Shown: positions 52,434 to 64,000 of the stretch, in pieces
Layout: each line of letters begins with the position of its first letter
How positions within the stretch are numbered: position 1 is the stretch's first letter
Origin: Raja brachyura
Taxonomy: Eukaryota
Direction of reading: 5' to 3'
DNA length: 64,000 nt
NCBI GenBank assembly: GCA_963514005.1
Contig: OY740810.1
Location: 23,684,001 to 23,748,000 of the forward strand
Notes under the pieces: model-generated
What the model saw: the letters and a program-made list of their open reading frames with translations, nothing else
Databases searched by the model: none
Told to the model about the DNA's origin: nothing
Translations under genes and position numbers: made by a program

Positions 52434-53157
52434 CTAATCATTAGGAAAAAGAGGTAAAGTAATTACGTTTCATATGGAATTTCCACCTGACAACCACAAT
52501 AACAAGAAGATGTGTAATGGGACCTTTCTGATTTTGTTATTGGTTAATAAGGGATTGAAAATACTTGTCGGCATATTTAGATGAAACTAGTGGATTATAT
52601 ACCTTGTATACCTACTTCTTATAGGTTTTGGATGTTGTCTTGTGTGCGCTATTGTTAATAGTCATAGATGGTTAACTGATAGTTACCTGCTTAAACAAAT
52701 TCTCTCTGCATGCTTCTCTTCTATCCTGGTTCATTTTAGGATCATGCAAACTCTCTCTCCATCCCTCCCCTATCCAAGTCGCACTAGCTTCCCATTTTTT
52801 GTGTGTCTATCTTCGGTTTAAACCAGCATCTGCAATTCCTTCTTACACATTTTTGTCTGAAAACCCTTTAGCCATAAATTTTGACTTGCTATTCTTATTT
52901 ATGACAATTTGCATGATAGACTGTCACATGTCTGTCATCAACCTCCATTTTATCTTATTTCTTGGACTACTTGCACTAATTTATTTTATTTCCTGCACTC
53001 CTTGCACTTACGCACTGCCAAACGTGTGCTTCCTTTATTCCAAACATTGTTTCTTCTCCCTGCCAAAACCCTAACCCTAATGCATGTCTACATGCCATGT
53101 GCCCTTTTACCCCTCACATTTTCAAAACTGCTCCCAGGTTCCCATCTCATGATCCCA

Positions 53158-53518
53158 TCTCTTAAGGGGCTGGACAGGCTAGATGCAGGAAGATTGTTCC
53201 CGATGTTGGGGAGGTCCAGAACAAGGGGTCACCGTCTAAGGATAAGGGGGAATTCCTTTAGGACCGAGATGAGGAAAACATTTTTCACACAGACAGTGGT
53301 GAGTCTCTGGAATTCTCTGCCACAGAAGGTAGTTGAGGCCAGTTCATTGGCTATATTTAAGAGGGATGTGGCCCTTGTAGCTAATGGGATCAGGGGGTAT
53401 GGAGAGAAGGCAGGTACGGGATACTGAGTTGGATGATCAGCCGTGATCATATTGAATGGCGGTGCAGGCTCGAAGGGCCGAATGGCCTACTCCTGCACCT
53501 ATTTTCTATGTTTCTATG
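53158..53518 (+). mobile_element. CR1 3' fragment
   Basis: KGLDRLDAGRLFPMLG..VVSLWNSLPQKVVEA; tail ttttctatgtttctatg. Confidence 0.9.
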
Positions 53519-55371
53519 ATTGGTGAGCTTAAAATCTCTGATGTCTGAGGCAAAGCTCCTTGCAAAGATTTTGATCCAACCTCTCGAGAAAATAATCTTT
53601 ATTTTTTTAAATCATTAATTTAAAATATTTGTTTCAATTGCAATGTGATTGTGATAGAATGTTGTAGATATTTCCACAGATTATTCTTAGTTAGAATCTG
53701 CAACTTCAGTAAAACCCATGGAGCAATGAGGCTGGCTTCAGATGTTAGGTTGTGAGTAAAACAGAAAATGGTGGAAACACACAGCAGGTCAGGCAGCAAC
53801 TGTGGAGAGAGAGAAACAGAGTCAGTGTTTCAGATGATCATAAAGTTCATCAGCCTGAACTTTGTTTTTCTCTCCCAGATGCTGAGGATTTCAGTGTTTT
53901 GATTTAATTTCAGATTTTCAGCACCTGCGCTTTCAGCGGTAGATTGGGAAATCAGAATAAAAGATTTGCAGAGTTTTTATGACTCGGCCCTAAGCTTAAT
54001 GGAAAGCATGTACAGAAATATTTCAGAATCGGAATTCTCAATGAGGGTGCATTTCATCAAGAAATAAAAAGAGAGCAGATTTCTCTCTCCCTTCAAGCTA
54101 ATGCTCTCTCAGCCCAGTTAACCCAGAAATTAATGAGGCATGAAAATTTGACTTTGTATCCATCTTCAAACATTTGATAAAATTAGTAGGAAGCGAATGA
54201 AGTGCTGAATTACAGCAAGAAACTTGACCATTGTTGAAGAAATTGTAGAGAAACACAACCAGATAAACGCAACCAGATAAATCACACTGGATAGCCTGCA
54301 TCTTACGGTTCCAATAGAGGTGACAGCAGAGATGGTGGATGCACTAGTGATGGGGCTCTAAAATCCCCCCTCATGCTGCAACAGTTCCAGCAAGATTATA
54401 TGGTGGCAAATGCAAAGTTGCTTTAAGAGATTGCTGAAGTGAAGGAGTTGCACTGAGATGAGGAAAGTAGAGATGAGGAAAACCTGGCTGATAGTCTCTG
54501 ATGTTCAAAGCTCGGCTGGTGATGAACAAGAGATGGGCGAAGGATGAACCAGAGATGGTATCTCCACAGAGCAGAGAGCCTAGGAGTAATGCCTTTGTAA
54601 TCTGCCTTCAGACTTACAGCACCATTAACCAAACTCAGGATTCACAAAATTCCTTGGTATGAATCACTTACAATTCACTGATTCCTCTTCCATCGATCCC
54701 TGTGATTCCTGACAAGAAGAGGAAGCAGGTAGACCATGAAGATCACTATTGACCCGAGTTATGAGGCAGATCATTGTGCATCTAAACCAGTCTTGAGTTG
54801 GGCCAAACTAGCTGTTTCCTTCTGGCTGTGTCATTTTATTTCGTGAAAGACTAGTCAAAAAAAGAGGCGAAAGTGAGGTATACTTATCATTAACCTATTT
54901 TAACCGAAAATTCTTTTTTTGTAGGTGATGGTATTGAGTTCTTTGACCACTCTGGGCTTGCATCTGGAATCTGCAAGAGTTTGCAGCTGGCTTTGACTGA
55001 CATGCAAGAGATTGTCTAACGCCTGGGCCCCGTGTACATAGCGTATTGCACAGAAGCCAGCCCCTCTGCCACTGCAAGAGGGACCATTGAATCACACCAG
55101 ACTGAAGCTGGCTGCAACCACTAGACATCGTTCCCAGATCAGCCTTACGAACTGTGGAAATGCCAAAGGATCCAATGTACTTCCTGTTTCAACTTCCTCC
55201 TCATTTCCTTTTTGGTTCACTAGGACTTGCCTGACAGTGTTACTGTACACTAACTGGAGGTTCAAATGTCTCCTTAGACATAATATTCCAGCTGTTTGCA
55301 AATAATTAAATTACCCTCTGATACTCATGATTTTGACTGTGCTCTGGCGTATCTGGTGGAGCAAGCACGCA

Positions 55372-55690
55372 CTAGTTTACTTTAGAGATACAGCATGGAA
55401 ACTGGCTTTTTGGCCCTCTGAGTCCATGCCAACCAGCAATTTTTTTTTCCTCTCCCCCCCACCTCCCATGCTAACACTAGTCCTACACACTAGGAACAAT
55501 TTACCGACTTTAAGCCTGCAAACATGTACGTCTTTGGAGTGTGGGTGGAAACTGAAGCACGCCGGGGGGGGAAACCCACGTGGTCACAGGGAGAATATGC
55601 AAACTCCGTACAGACTGCATCCCTAGTCAGGATTGAACCTGGGTCTCTGGCGCTGTAAGGCAGCAACTCTACCACTGTGCCACCGTCCCT
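55372..55690 (-). mobile_element. tRNA-derived SINE
   Basis: Same family. Confidence 0.8.
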
Positions 55691-56167
55691 ATTCCTAGCT
55701 CTGTGTCTGGAGTCCACAGTGAATTTACAGACGGAGAAGGCAAATAGTGGTGGGGACTGCGGGCGCCCTTGTGCTTGTGTTATTCGATGTGGCTACAACT
55801 CCTGACATTGAAGGTTCACTGGATTCCTGAATGTTAGCCCTAGGAGTCCTTGGAATAACTGGTTGACTACTGGTTCTCTCCCTAATTAAGTGATCACCCT
55901 AACATCGATCCCAGAGGTACTGGTTTGCCTGTGATTGGCCACTGTCTACTCATCTCTGACATGAATGTCCTGGGACGCTGGGTAATCTTGGAGTTGAGTT
56001 TCTCTGCTTTTGCTCACGCTCACCCTGGCACTGGAGTATGATTGATTTCCCGTACATCACCTAATTGCAAGTTATCAACCACTCCCTCCACCCCGTTATT
56101 AATAACCTAATATTGAGCCAAGGTCTGATGTCATTGAATCTGTGAAGGCTGACGGGCACCAGATTAC

Positions 56168-56462
56168 TTTAGGGATACAGTGCGAAACAGGCCCTTCAGC
56201 CCACCGAGTCTGTGTCGACCAGTGATCCCCGCATATTATCACTATCCTACGCACAGTAGAGACAATTTTCAACTTTACCAAAGCCAATTAACCTATAAAC
56301 CTGTATGCCTTGGGAGTGTGGGAGGAATCTGGAGCACCAGGGGAAAACCCATGCGGTCATGGGGAGAATGTACAAACTCCATACAGACAGCACCCGTAGT
56401 CAGGACCGAACCAGGGTCTCTGGCACTGTAAGGCAGCAACTCTACTACTGTGCCACCGTGGG
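56168..56462 (-). mobile_element. tRNA-derived SINE
   Basis: Same family. Confidence 0.8.
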
Positions 56463-58159
56463 TTTATTTAATTTGTCCTTACCCATTCAGATACAACCTG
56501 TCCTGCTTGTACAGATCCAACCTTTCCCAAAGGCAGTCCCAGTGATCCAAATGTCCAAAGCCGCCCTCCTGCACTTATCCCTGTAGCTTTCATGAAATTC
56601 ATTTGACGTATCCTATTTTTATATTCACTAGCACATGGCACAGGTGGTATTCCAGGGATTACAACCTTGGAGGTCCTATTAGGTAAAAGATTGAAGAATT
56701 TCTGAAATACACTTTGCAGGACCTTCCTCCTCTACCTGTTTTGTTAGTTGCGACATGTTTGACCATCCCCTTTCGGAATGCCCTGCAGCTGTTCTGAGAC
56801 ATCTCTGACCTTGGCACTGTGGAGGCAACAAATCTTGTTAGCCACAGAAACGCCTGTCCGCTCCCTTGCATTATAGCCCCCTATCACTAGCTCGGCTGGT
56901 CGGCTTGTGGAAAGTTGACAGCTATGAGCTGCAACCAGGATAATTGGCAGATACTTGACTGATAGGAATCACGAGTTGCTGACAGCTGACCTGGAGATGT
57001 GTGGCTGCAGCCAATTCTTAGCAATTGTTTAGCCATTTAGATGTTAGGTTGATAGCTGATTTGGTGAAGGGTGGGATAGCTATTATCTAGATAGTCTGAG
57101 TAATACAGTGCAGAAACAGGCCCTTCAATGCAATTTGTCAGTGCTCCCCTCAGTTAGTCCCATCTGTCTGCATCTGGTCTGTATCTGTCTAAACCTTTCC
57201 TATCCATGTAACTGTCGAAATGTCTTTTAAATGTCTTGACCAATTGAAGGCAAGCACACCATATGTCTTCTTTACTACTGTCTACCTGCAGACAGCCCTG
57301 CCTTTGCAGGATGCCATTCATTGTCTAAGTGGCATCACAATGATGCTAAATGAAATACTCATAGAGGGATATGGGTCAAAATGGGATTAGAGTAGATGGG
57401 TTTCCTGGGCAGTATGGAAGGGTTGGGCCAAAGGGTCTGTCTCGGCACTCTTTGTCTCTTCGACTGTATAGCAGATCTGGCAGCTCAAAACATCCGTGAG
57501 ACCCTGTGAACCCTCTGAAGAAGCAGAAATGTCCACCTTCACAGTCTATCAGACCATGAACCAGCAGCTCCCTCGCGATACCATTAAGATCAGGCCAGAG
57601 GAGCAATGAATGTAGGAGACACCAGAAACAGCACCAGGCCTTGCTAAAGATGATGTGCCAACGTAGTGAAATCGCAACACAACTGTATGCCCAGCGGAAG
57701 AAGCTGCAGGTCGTGAAATGAACCAAGGATCAGATCAACACCCTGCTATCTTGCAATATCTAATCACCAGTAGTGACACAGACCCCATGGGAAGAACAGG
57801 CTCCATGGCAGGGCACTTCCCCCCTCAGTGGATGTCTGAAACAAGAAGGCTTAGGTGTAGGAAACTGATTCAAAGGGATCTGAGGAAGACCTTTTAACCC
57901 CAAAGATTCTGTCTGAAATCTGAAAAGGATGATTGAAGCAGGTACTCTCACAGCCTTAAATATCTTGAGCAGCCCTCGAATCATCCAATTGGAGAAGGCT
58001 ACAGATCAAGTGCTGTTAAAAAGAATTAGTGCAGATGGGTTCTAAAGGGCCTGCTCCTTTTCTGTATGAATTTCTGGATCCATGACTTTATGAACACTGG
58101 CAAAACCGTGTGACCAGGGCACATCTCAGCTGTAGAACTGCTTGGTTGCTTTTGGCCTC

Positions 58160-58480
58160 ACCCAAGCAACGGGGGAGGTAGAGGGTAGACGAGTCGATGT
58201 ATGAAATGAAAGGGGAGTTCCAGGTGGGCAGAGTGCAGGTGCTTCACAAAGCGGTCAACGGGTCTGCACTTGGTCTCACAGAAGGAGAAGAGTCCACTTC
58301 GAGAGTAACGAGGTTGCTGGATGTGCAGGTCAATATCTGTCTCAACAGGAAGGTTCTGGATGCTGGGGGGGGGGGGGGGGTGGCATGGGCAGATGTTAAA
58401 TCTATGGGGGAAGGGGAGAGATGAGCAAACCAAGCAGCCATGGAGTGGGTGGGCCCCTACAGAACGAGGTGAGATGGGGA
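58160..58480 (-). mobile_element. Degenerate Penelope-like GIY-YIG fragment
   Basis: LTCTSSNLV and CETKCRPVDRFVKHLHS remnants. Confidence 0.6.
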
Positions 58481-59977
58481 AGATTCCTCCACTGACCTGA
58501 ACTTTGCCCCCTGCACTGCCAGTGTGAGGCTATACAGAGATTAAAGGAATGCCTGAATAGTCTACAATTCACCAGTATCTATACTGTTAACCAAACAACC
58601 TGTGTCAATTGCTCTCTCCTCCTGCTGCTGGGTCACATAGCACCCAGTTCCTTTATCCTACTCCATCTACTGAACAACCATTCACTCCTCCCCCAAGTTC
58701 CACTATCTCTTTCCACCACCACCCTGTTCTGACCAGTCTGGCGTCCCTCCCTTATTTTGTTCCATACTTCCTCTTCTTTAATAGATTCCATCATCTGCAG
58801 CCTTTGTTGTTTTCACATCCCCTCTCACACTCTGTTGCTTTCTCCACCCTTCCCTTCCCACCTGACTGTGTCTACCAACCAACCTCTCCTCAACTGCATC
58901 CACCTTTGTCATCTCTTGCCCACTACTCCACCTCACACTTTATACTGGCTGTCCTCCCTCTACTCAGTCCTGTGGCAGAGTTCCGACCCAGAAAACTCTT
59001 CAATTCTAGTCCCTCCCACAGAAGCTGCTCGACCCACTAAGTTCCTCCAGGTTGTTTGTTAATATTTAATATGGATCCATCCCCATGTGCATACAGGTGG
59101 AAGTAACTGTCTTGTGGTGTGTCATTTGCTCAGCCTGCTTTTTGAGAAATATACATGTTTGACATAATGGTAACAAACAGGCCTGTTTCAAACAACTGAA
59201 AGTTTCAATAAATGTGATTATTGAGTTTCAATATTTTTTCAAAAAACAGGAAATAAAAGAAAACGCTCCAAACCACACCAAAAATACAGCAAGGACTACA
59301 AACTCTCCTTTAGTTGAGCTCTGAATTGTAGCCAGAGTGTGACAAGTAAACAGGACAGGACGGCGCATAATCCTAAAGGTCTTGAACAGACAGACATCGT
59401 GGGAATCCCTCCACTGGGAATTCAACAAAGTTAATAAATATTCCATGTTTAATGGAATTGAAAATGTAGTAACAAGTCTGTAAATACGTATTTAACGCAT
59501 ATGCTCACTTAAATAAAAATACTATTTACAAGATCAATCTCATTCTTAAATCAATCTAAACAAATTGGTACATTTACATTTACAGACTATTTCCCATCCT
59601 TTTAGTAAAATGAATTATCATATTTACAGGAAACTCATGCAAAGAGTCAGGTTGTGAGGTCAGTGAGTCTGTGCTGAGTGCGATTGGCAACAGAAGATCT
59701 GGAAACTGCTGAGTTTCTCCATTCAGAGAAGGTGCCATGTCTTGTGAGTGCTCCCATCACTTGAATTACCAGCAGATCCACCTGGGGAAATCTCAAGCTT
59801 CCTCCCTCTGTTTGCTGGCCAATTATTCTGCATGCCTTCCAGGAGGCCATATATTGTGCGATGTAGTGCAGTGCGAACAGCCAGGTCCTGCAGATCTTCA
59901 TGTTCCTCTCATCCAATTGCAGCAACAAACTGACTACGTTGTAATGGACCTCCTTGCTGTCTGCAACATTGCCAATT

Positions 59978-60960
59978 TTGGACCGCAGCTATTTACAATA
60001 TACATCAATGATTTGGATGAAGGGATTCAAAGTAGCATTAGAAAATTTGCGGATGACACAAAGCTGGGTGGCAGTGTGAACTGAGATAGATGCTTGAGAA
60101 TGCAGGGTGATTTGGACAGGTTGGGGGAGTGGGCAGATGCATGGCAGATGAAGTTTAATGCGGATAAATGTGAGGTTATCCGTTTTGGTAGCAAAAACAG
60201 GAAGGCAGATTACTATCTAAATGGCGTCAAGTTGGGAAAAGGGGAAGTACAACGGGATCTGGGGGTCCTTGTTCATCAGTCTATGAAAGTAAGCATGCAG
60301 GTACAGCAGGCAGTGAAGAAAGCGAATGGCATGTTGGCCTTTATAACAATAGGAATCGCATATAGGAGCAAAGAGGTCCTTCTGCAATTGTACAGAGCCC
60401 TAGTGAGACCACATCTGGAGTACTGTGTGCAGTATTGGTCCTTTAATTTGAGGAAGGACATTCTTGCTATTGAGGGAGTGCAGCGTAGGTTTACAAGGTT
60501 AATTCCCGGGATGGCGGAACTGTCATATGCTGAGAGAATGGAGCAGCTGGGCTTGTACACTCTGGAGTTTAGAAGGATGAGAGGGGATCTCATTGAAACA
60601 TAAGATTGTTAAGGGATTGGACACACTAGAGGCAGGAAACATGTTCCCAATGTTGGGGGAGTCCAGAACCAGGGGCCACAGTTTAAGAATAAGGAGTAAG
60701 CCATTTAGAACGGAGATGAGGAAACACTTTTTCTCACAGAGAGTGGTGAGTCTGTGGAATTCTCTGCCTCAGAGGGCGGTGGAGGCAGGTTCTCTGGTTG
60801 CTTCAAAGAGAGTGTTAGATAGGGCTCTTAAAAATAGCGGAGTCAGGGGACATGGGGAGAAGGCAGGAACGGGGTACTGATTGGGGATGATCAGCCATAA
60901 TCAATTGAATGGCGGTGCTGTGCCGAATGGCCTACTCCTGCACCTACTGTCTATTGGTAT
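59978..60960 (+). mobile_element. CR1 LINE, 5'-truncated, with RT motif FADD
   Basis: GPQLFTIYINDL..KFADDTKL and RPHLEYCVQ in ORFs spanning 59737..60880; stop and frameshift present. Confidence 0.95.
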
Positions 60961-63519
60961 TGTCTGCAAGCTTACTAACAAACCTACCTGCATTTACATC
61001 CAAGTTATTTATATATGTAACAAACAGCAGAGACCACTGCACAGATCCATGTGGAACACCATTGGTCACAGCCCTTCAGTGAGAATAACATCCTTCCACA
61101 ACTGCCCTCTGTCTTCTATGAGAAAGACAGTTCAGAATCCAATCGACCAAGTCACTGCGGGCCTCATGTATCTTCAATGGTGCTTTAGTGTCACGTGCTA
61201 ACGCACAATGACATTTTTTTTGCATACAGATCAGTAAAGTATTACCAGATGTACGCACAATCCCCGCTTTGCTAAGTGTACAGATATAGTCTACTGAGAC
61301 CACATGCAGGAGTGCCGGATTTTGGTTCCTATTTCAATGTTCTGTCTGCACTCGAGCTCTAATGAGCGGAGCCCGATCCAGACAATCCCCAAGCTGCGGC
61401 AGGGCCTCCAGCCGTTGCCTTCCTTGAACATCTGGATCGTCCAGTGAACTGACGTTCCTCTCCTCGTCTATCCACCTTTGTGCCATGGGAGTGCCTCCTG
61501 CTGCCGACCTTGATGGCATGGAAGGCCAGACACTGTTTCACTCTCCTACCGGCGTTGCTCCTCGTATCTGTCGTTGCCGGCTCCCTCCTCCTCTGGTCTT
61601 CAAGGTATGAGCAGTGGCCGGCTCGGCAGCTTTCCCCCCCCCCCCCCCACAGCCCATGGCCTGCCGGGTCTTCTACGTCTGGCTGTGTGGTGCACCAGGT
61701 CTTAATCTTCTGGATCAGCATACCATGAGGGACTTCATCAATTTCTTATCCATGTAGACAACATCTACTGCCCTACCCTCATCAATTACATTTGTCACCT
61801 CTTCAATCTCAAAAACTCAATCCAAATGTTAAGACATGAACTGCCATGGACAAAGCTATGGTGCCTGTCCCTAATTAGCCCACACTCTTCCAAATGAGAG
61901 TAAATCCTATCCCAAAGAATCCTCTCCAAAAGTTTTGCAACCATTGAGGTAAGGCTCACCAGTCTTTAATTCTCTGGAATATTTCAACTTCCATTCATTG
62001 TGGTGAAAACCCATCTGGTTCAATGCTGTCCTTCAGGGAAGGAAGCCTAATGTCAGTTCCACCATCAAAGCAACATCCAAACAGAACATTTTGAAAATTG
62101 TTTACATTACACACTATCATTGTAGCCACTAAGGAGTTTTGTTGGTTTGGGTGTCCTTAATTGCTTCAGCACTCTCTACTGAGAGATATAAGAGACTTTA
62201 TACTCAACTGTCATCTGATGCTTAATTTCTCCAGCAGGTACTGAGCCTTTTGAAGTGAAAAGGCAGATAGAATATTTTCTTAAGCCTTCAATTACTTCTT
62301 TATACCCCATTATAAGTCCACTGGAATGAATCAATAAATCTTTTGGCAGACAGGAACTAGAGAGTAGAGATAGAGAAATGTTCTCCACAGCAACTTGGAT
62401 GAAAGGATTAAATGTGCTATTTCCAGGTTTGTCGATGGTCTGAAAAAGCTGAGGATGCAAAAATACAGGGTGAGTAATAAACTATTGGAGGACCTCAGCA
62501 GGCCTGGCAGTATTCGTACAGGGAAATTAACAATGTTTTGAGTTGGCACCCTTCTTCAGTCTAACCTGCTGCGTTCTTCCACCAATTTGTCTTTTAATCA
62601 AGATCCCAGTATCTGCTGTCTCTGGTGTCTGCGATTATCGAAGGATTGAAGGTTTCAATGGTCTTTTATTGTCGCGTGTACTAAGTAAGGTACAGTGATA
62701 TTTGAATTACCATCCAGCCATACTAAAAAAAAATTTTAAACAAATATATTATATAGGGACTTGGTGAGATTACCCTGGATTACTGTGGGTGATTTTAGTG
62801 AAGGTTTCACAGACGGATTGCTCGGATAGTGAGTCTGTTGCACCAGGAGAGATTGGGGTGACGAGGCCTGATTTCACTGGTGTTCAGTGAATATATCCCA
62901 TTGAAGCATACAAAGGTTTCAAAATCCTCAACGGGCTAGACACAGGGAAGGCGCTTTCCCCAGCTGGATAATCTGGAACAACAGGTCAAAGGGGTAAGAT
63001 TTTTAGGATTGAGCTCAGGATAAGTTGATGGTCAGATGTGGAGATCTCTAGCACAATAACAGAGGCCAAGTTGTTAAATATATGTAAGGAACGGGTAGAT
63101 TACTCCAACAAAGAACTTTAAAGAAACTTGTTGTAAATTTATTTTAATGTTATTCATGCCACAGAATCTATTATAAAGGTTTGTCTAGATAGTCAGTCAG
63201 ATACCTTTTCATGGGGTGGAAGTGTCAACACTAGAGGGCATTTGCTTTAAGGTGAGAGGGGCAAAGTTTAAAGGAGGATGTGTGGGGCAGGTTTTTTACA
63301 GAGAATGGTGAGTGCCTGGAACGTGCTGCCAGGGATAGTGGTGGAGACAGATGTGTTTGAACATTTAACAGGCTTTTAAATAGACACGTGCATATGCAGG
63401 GAATGGAGTGAAATGGATCAGACGGAGGAAATTAATTTAACATGGCATCATGTTAGCACAAATATTTTGTGCTGAAGGGCCTATTCCAGTGCTGTACTGT
63501 TCCATGTTCTGAGTACTTT

Positions 63520-64000
63520 GAAATAACTTGTTGTAAACTCCGTATTTTGTGTACTTCGTGCTCCTGAATCCATTGGAAACATTTATTTAGTTGTAAAACC
63601 TTATTGTGAAATTGTATGGGAAAGTGGACATAAAATAATCATATTTCGTGCAAAACGCCTTAGTTGCCATTTCCATGGTAGTTATTGCATTCACCAATTT
63701 TAAATAAAAGGTTTAAAATAGCTTGTTGTAAACCACTTTATTTTTTATTTATTTACTGCTCCTGAATCCATTAGAAACATTTATTTGATCATAAAAACTT
63801 CTCCAGTAAAGCTTATTTATCATACTTGTAAAGTCAAATTTTGTATAGGAACACCATGTATAGGACTGTTCTGTATTCTGTATAGGACTATTCTGTATAG
63901 GAACACCATATTTCAGTCATCTGCCATTAACTTGTTGTAAGCCGCTTTATTTTACATAATAAGTGCTCCTGAATCCATCAGAAACATTTATTTAATTTTG
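63520..64000. repeat. Degenerate ~200-bp tandem repeat running off the window end
   Basis: cttgttgtaa...gctcctgaatccat..gaaacatttattt recurs at ~63527, ~63722 and ~63931. Confidence 0.8.

Noticed and set aside
57376-57760. Coding-looking stretch downstream of the ligase
   Set aside because: Stops in all plus frames, no recognisable domain and no consistent splice pair
61334-61728. GC-richer block with three short ORFs
   Set aside because: No recognisable protein motif; probably a decayed TE, cannot be supported as a gene
63520-64000. CRISPR-like repeat/spacer appearance
   Set aside because: Eukaryotic context, ~200-bp period, spacers related to each other, no cas genes

Overview
Vertebrate genomic DNA, rich in introns and retroelements. 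The repeat set (tRNA-headed SINEs sharing a 3' tail with CR1 LINEs, plus Penelope-derived short elements) suggests a cartilaginous fish such as a skate or ray; this is an inference. Two spliced genes lie head-to-head on a CpG island at ~14.7-15.8 kb. On the minus strand is RAB8A (coding exons 1-6; the rest runs off the left edge). On the plus strand is an Arkadia-family (RNF111/ARK2N-ARK2C-like) RING-H2 E3 ligase, reconstructed by hand as 13 GT-AG coding exons from 16528 to 52433 (2871 nt, 956 aa, all phases compatible). It has three SIM-like motifs and is strongly diverged outside the SIMs and RING, so it may be a distinct third Arkadia paralogue. Other notable items: hammerhead-ribozyme cores in Penelope-derived repeats, one copy of which starts at the predicted cleavage site; a 244-bp duplication around an unknown insert; several locally templated insertions, one duplicating a splice acceptor; a Harbinger-type MITE hairpin; and Vingi-like and L2 LINE fragments. 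Comparisons to human proteins are from memory and need database checks. Repeat boundaries are approximate.
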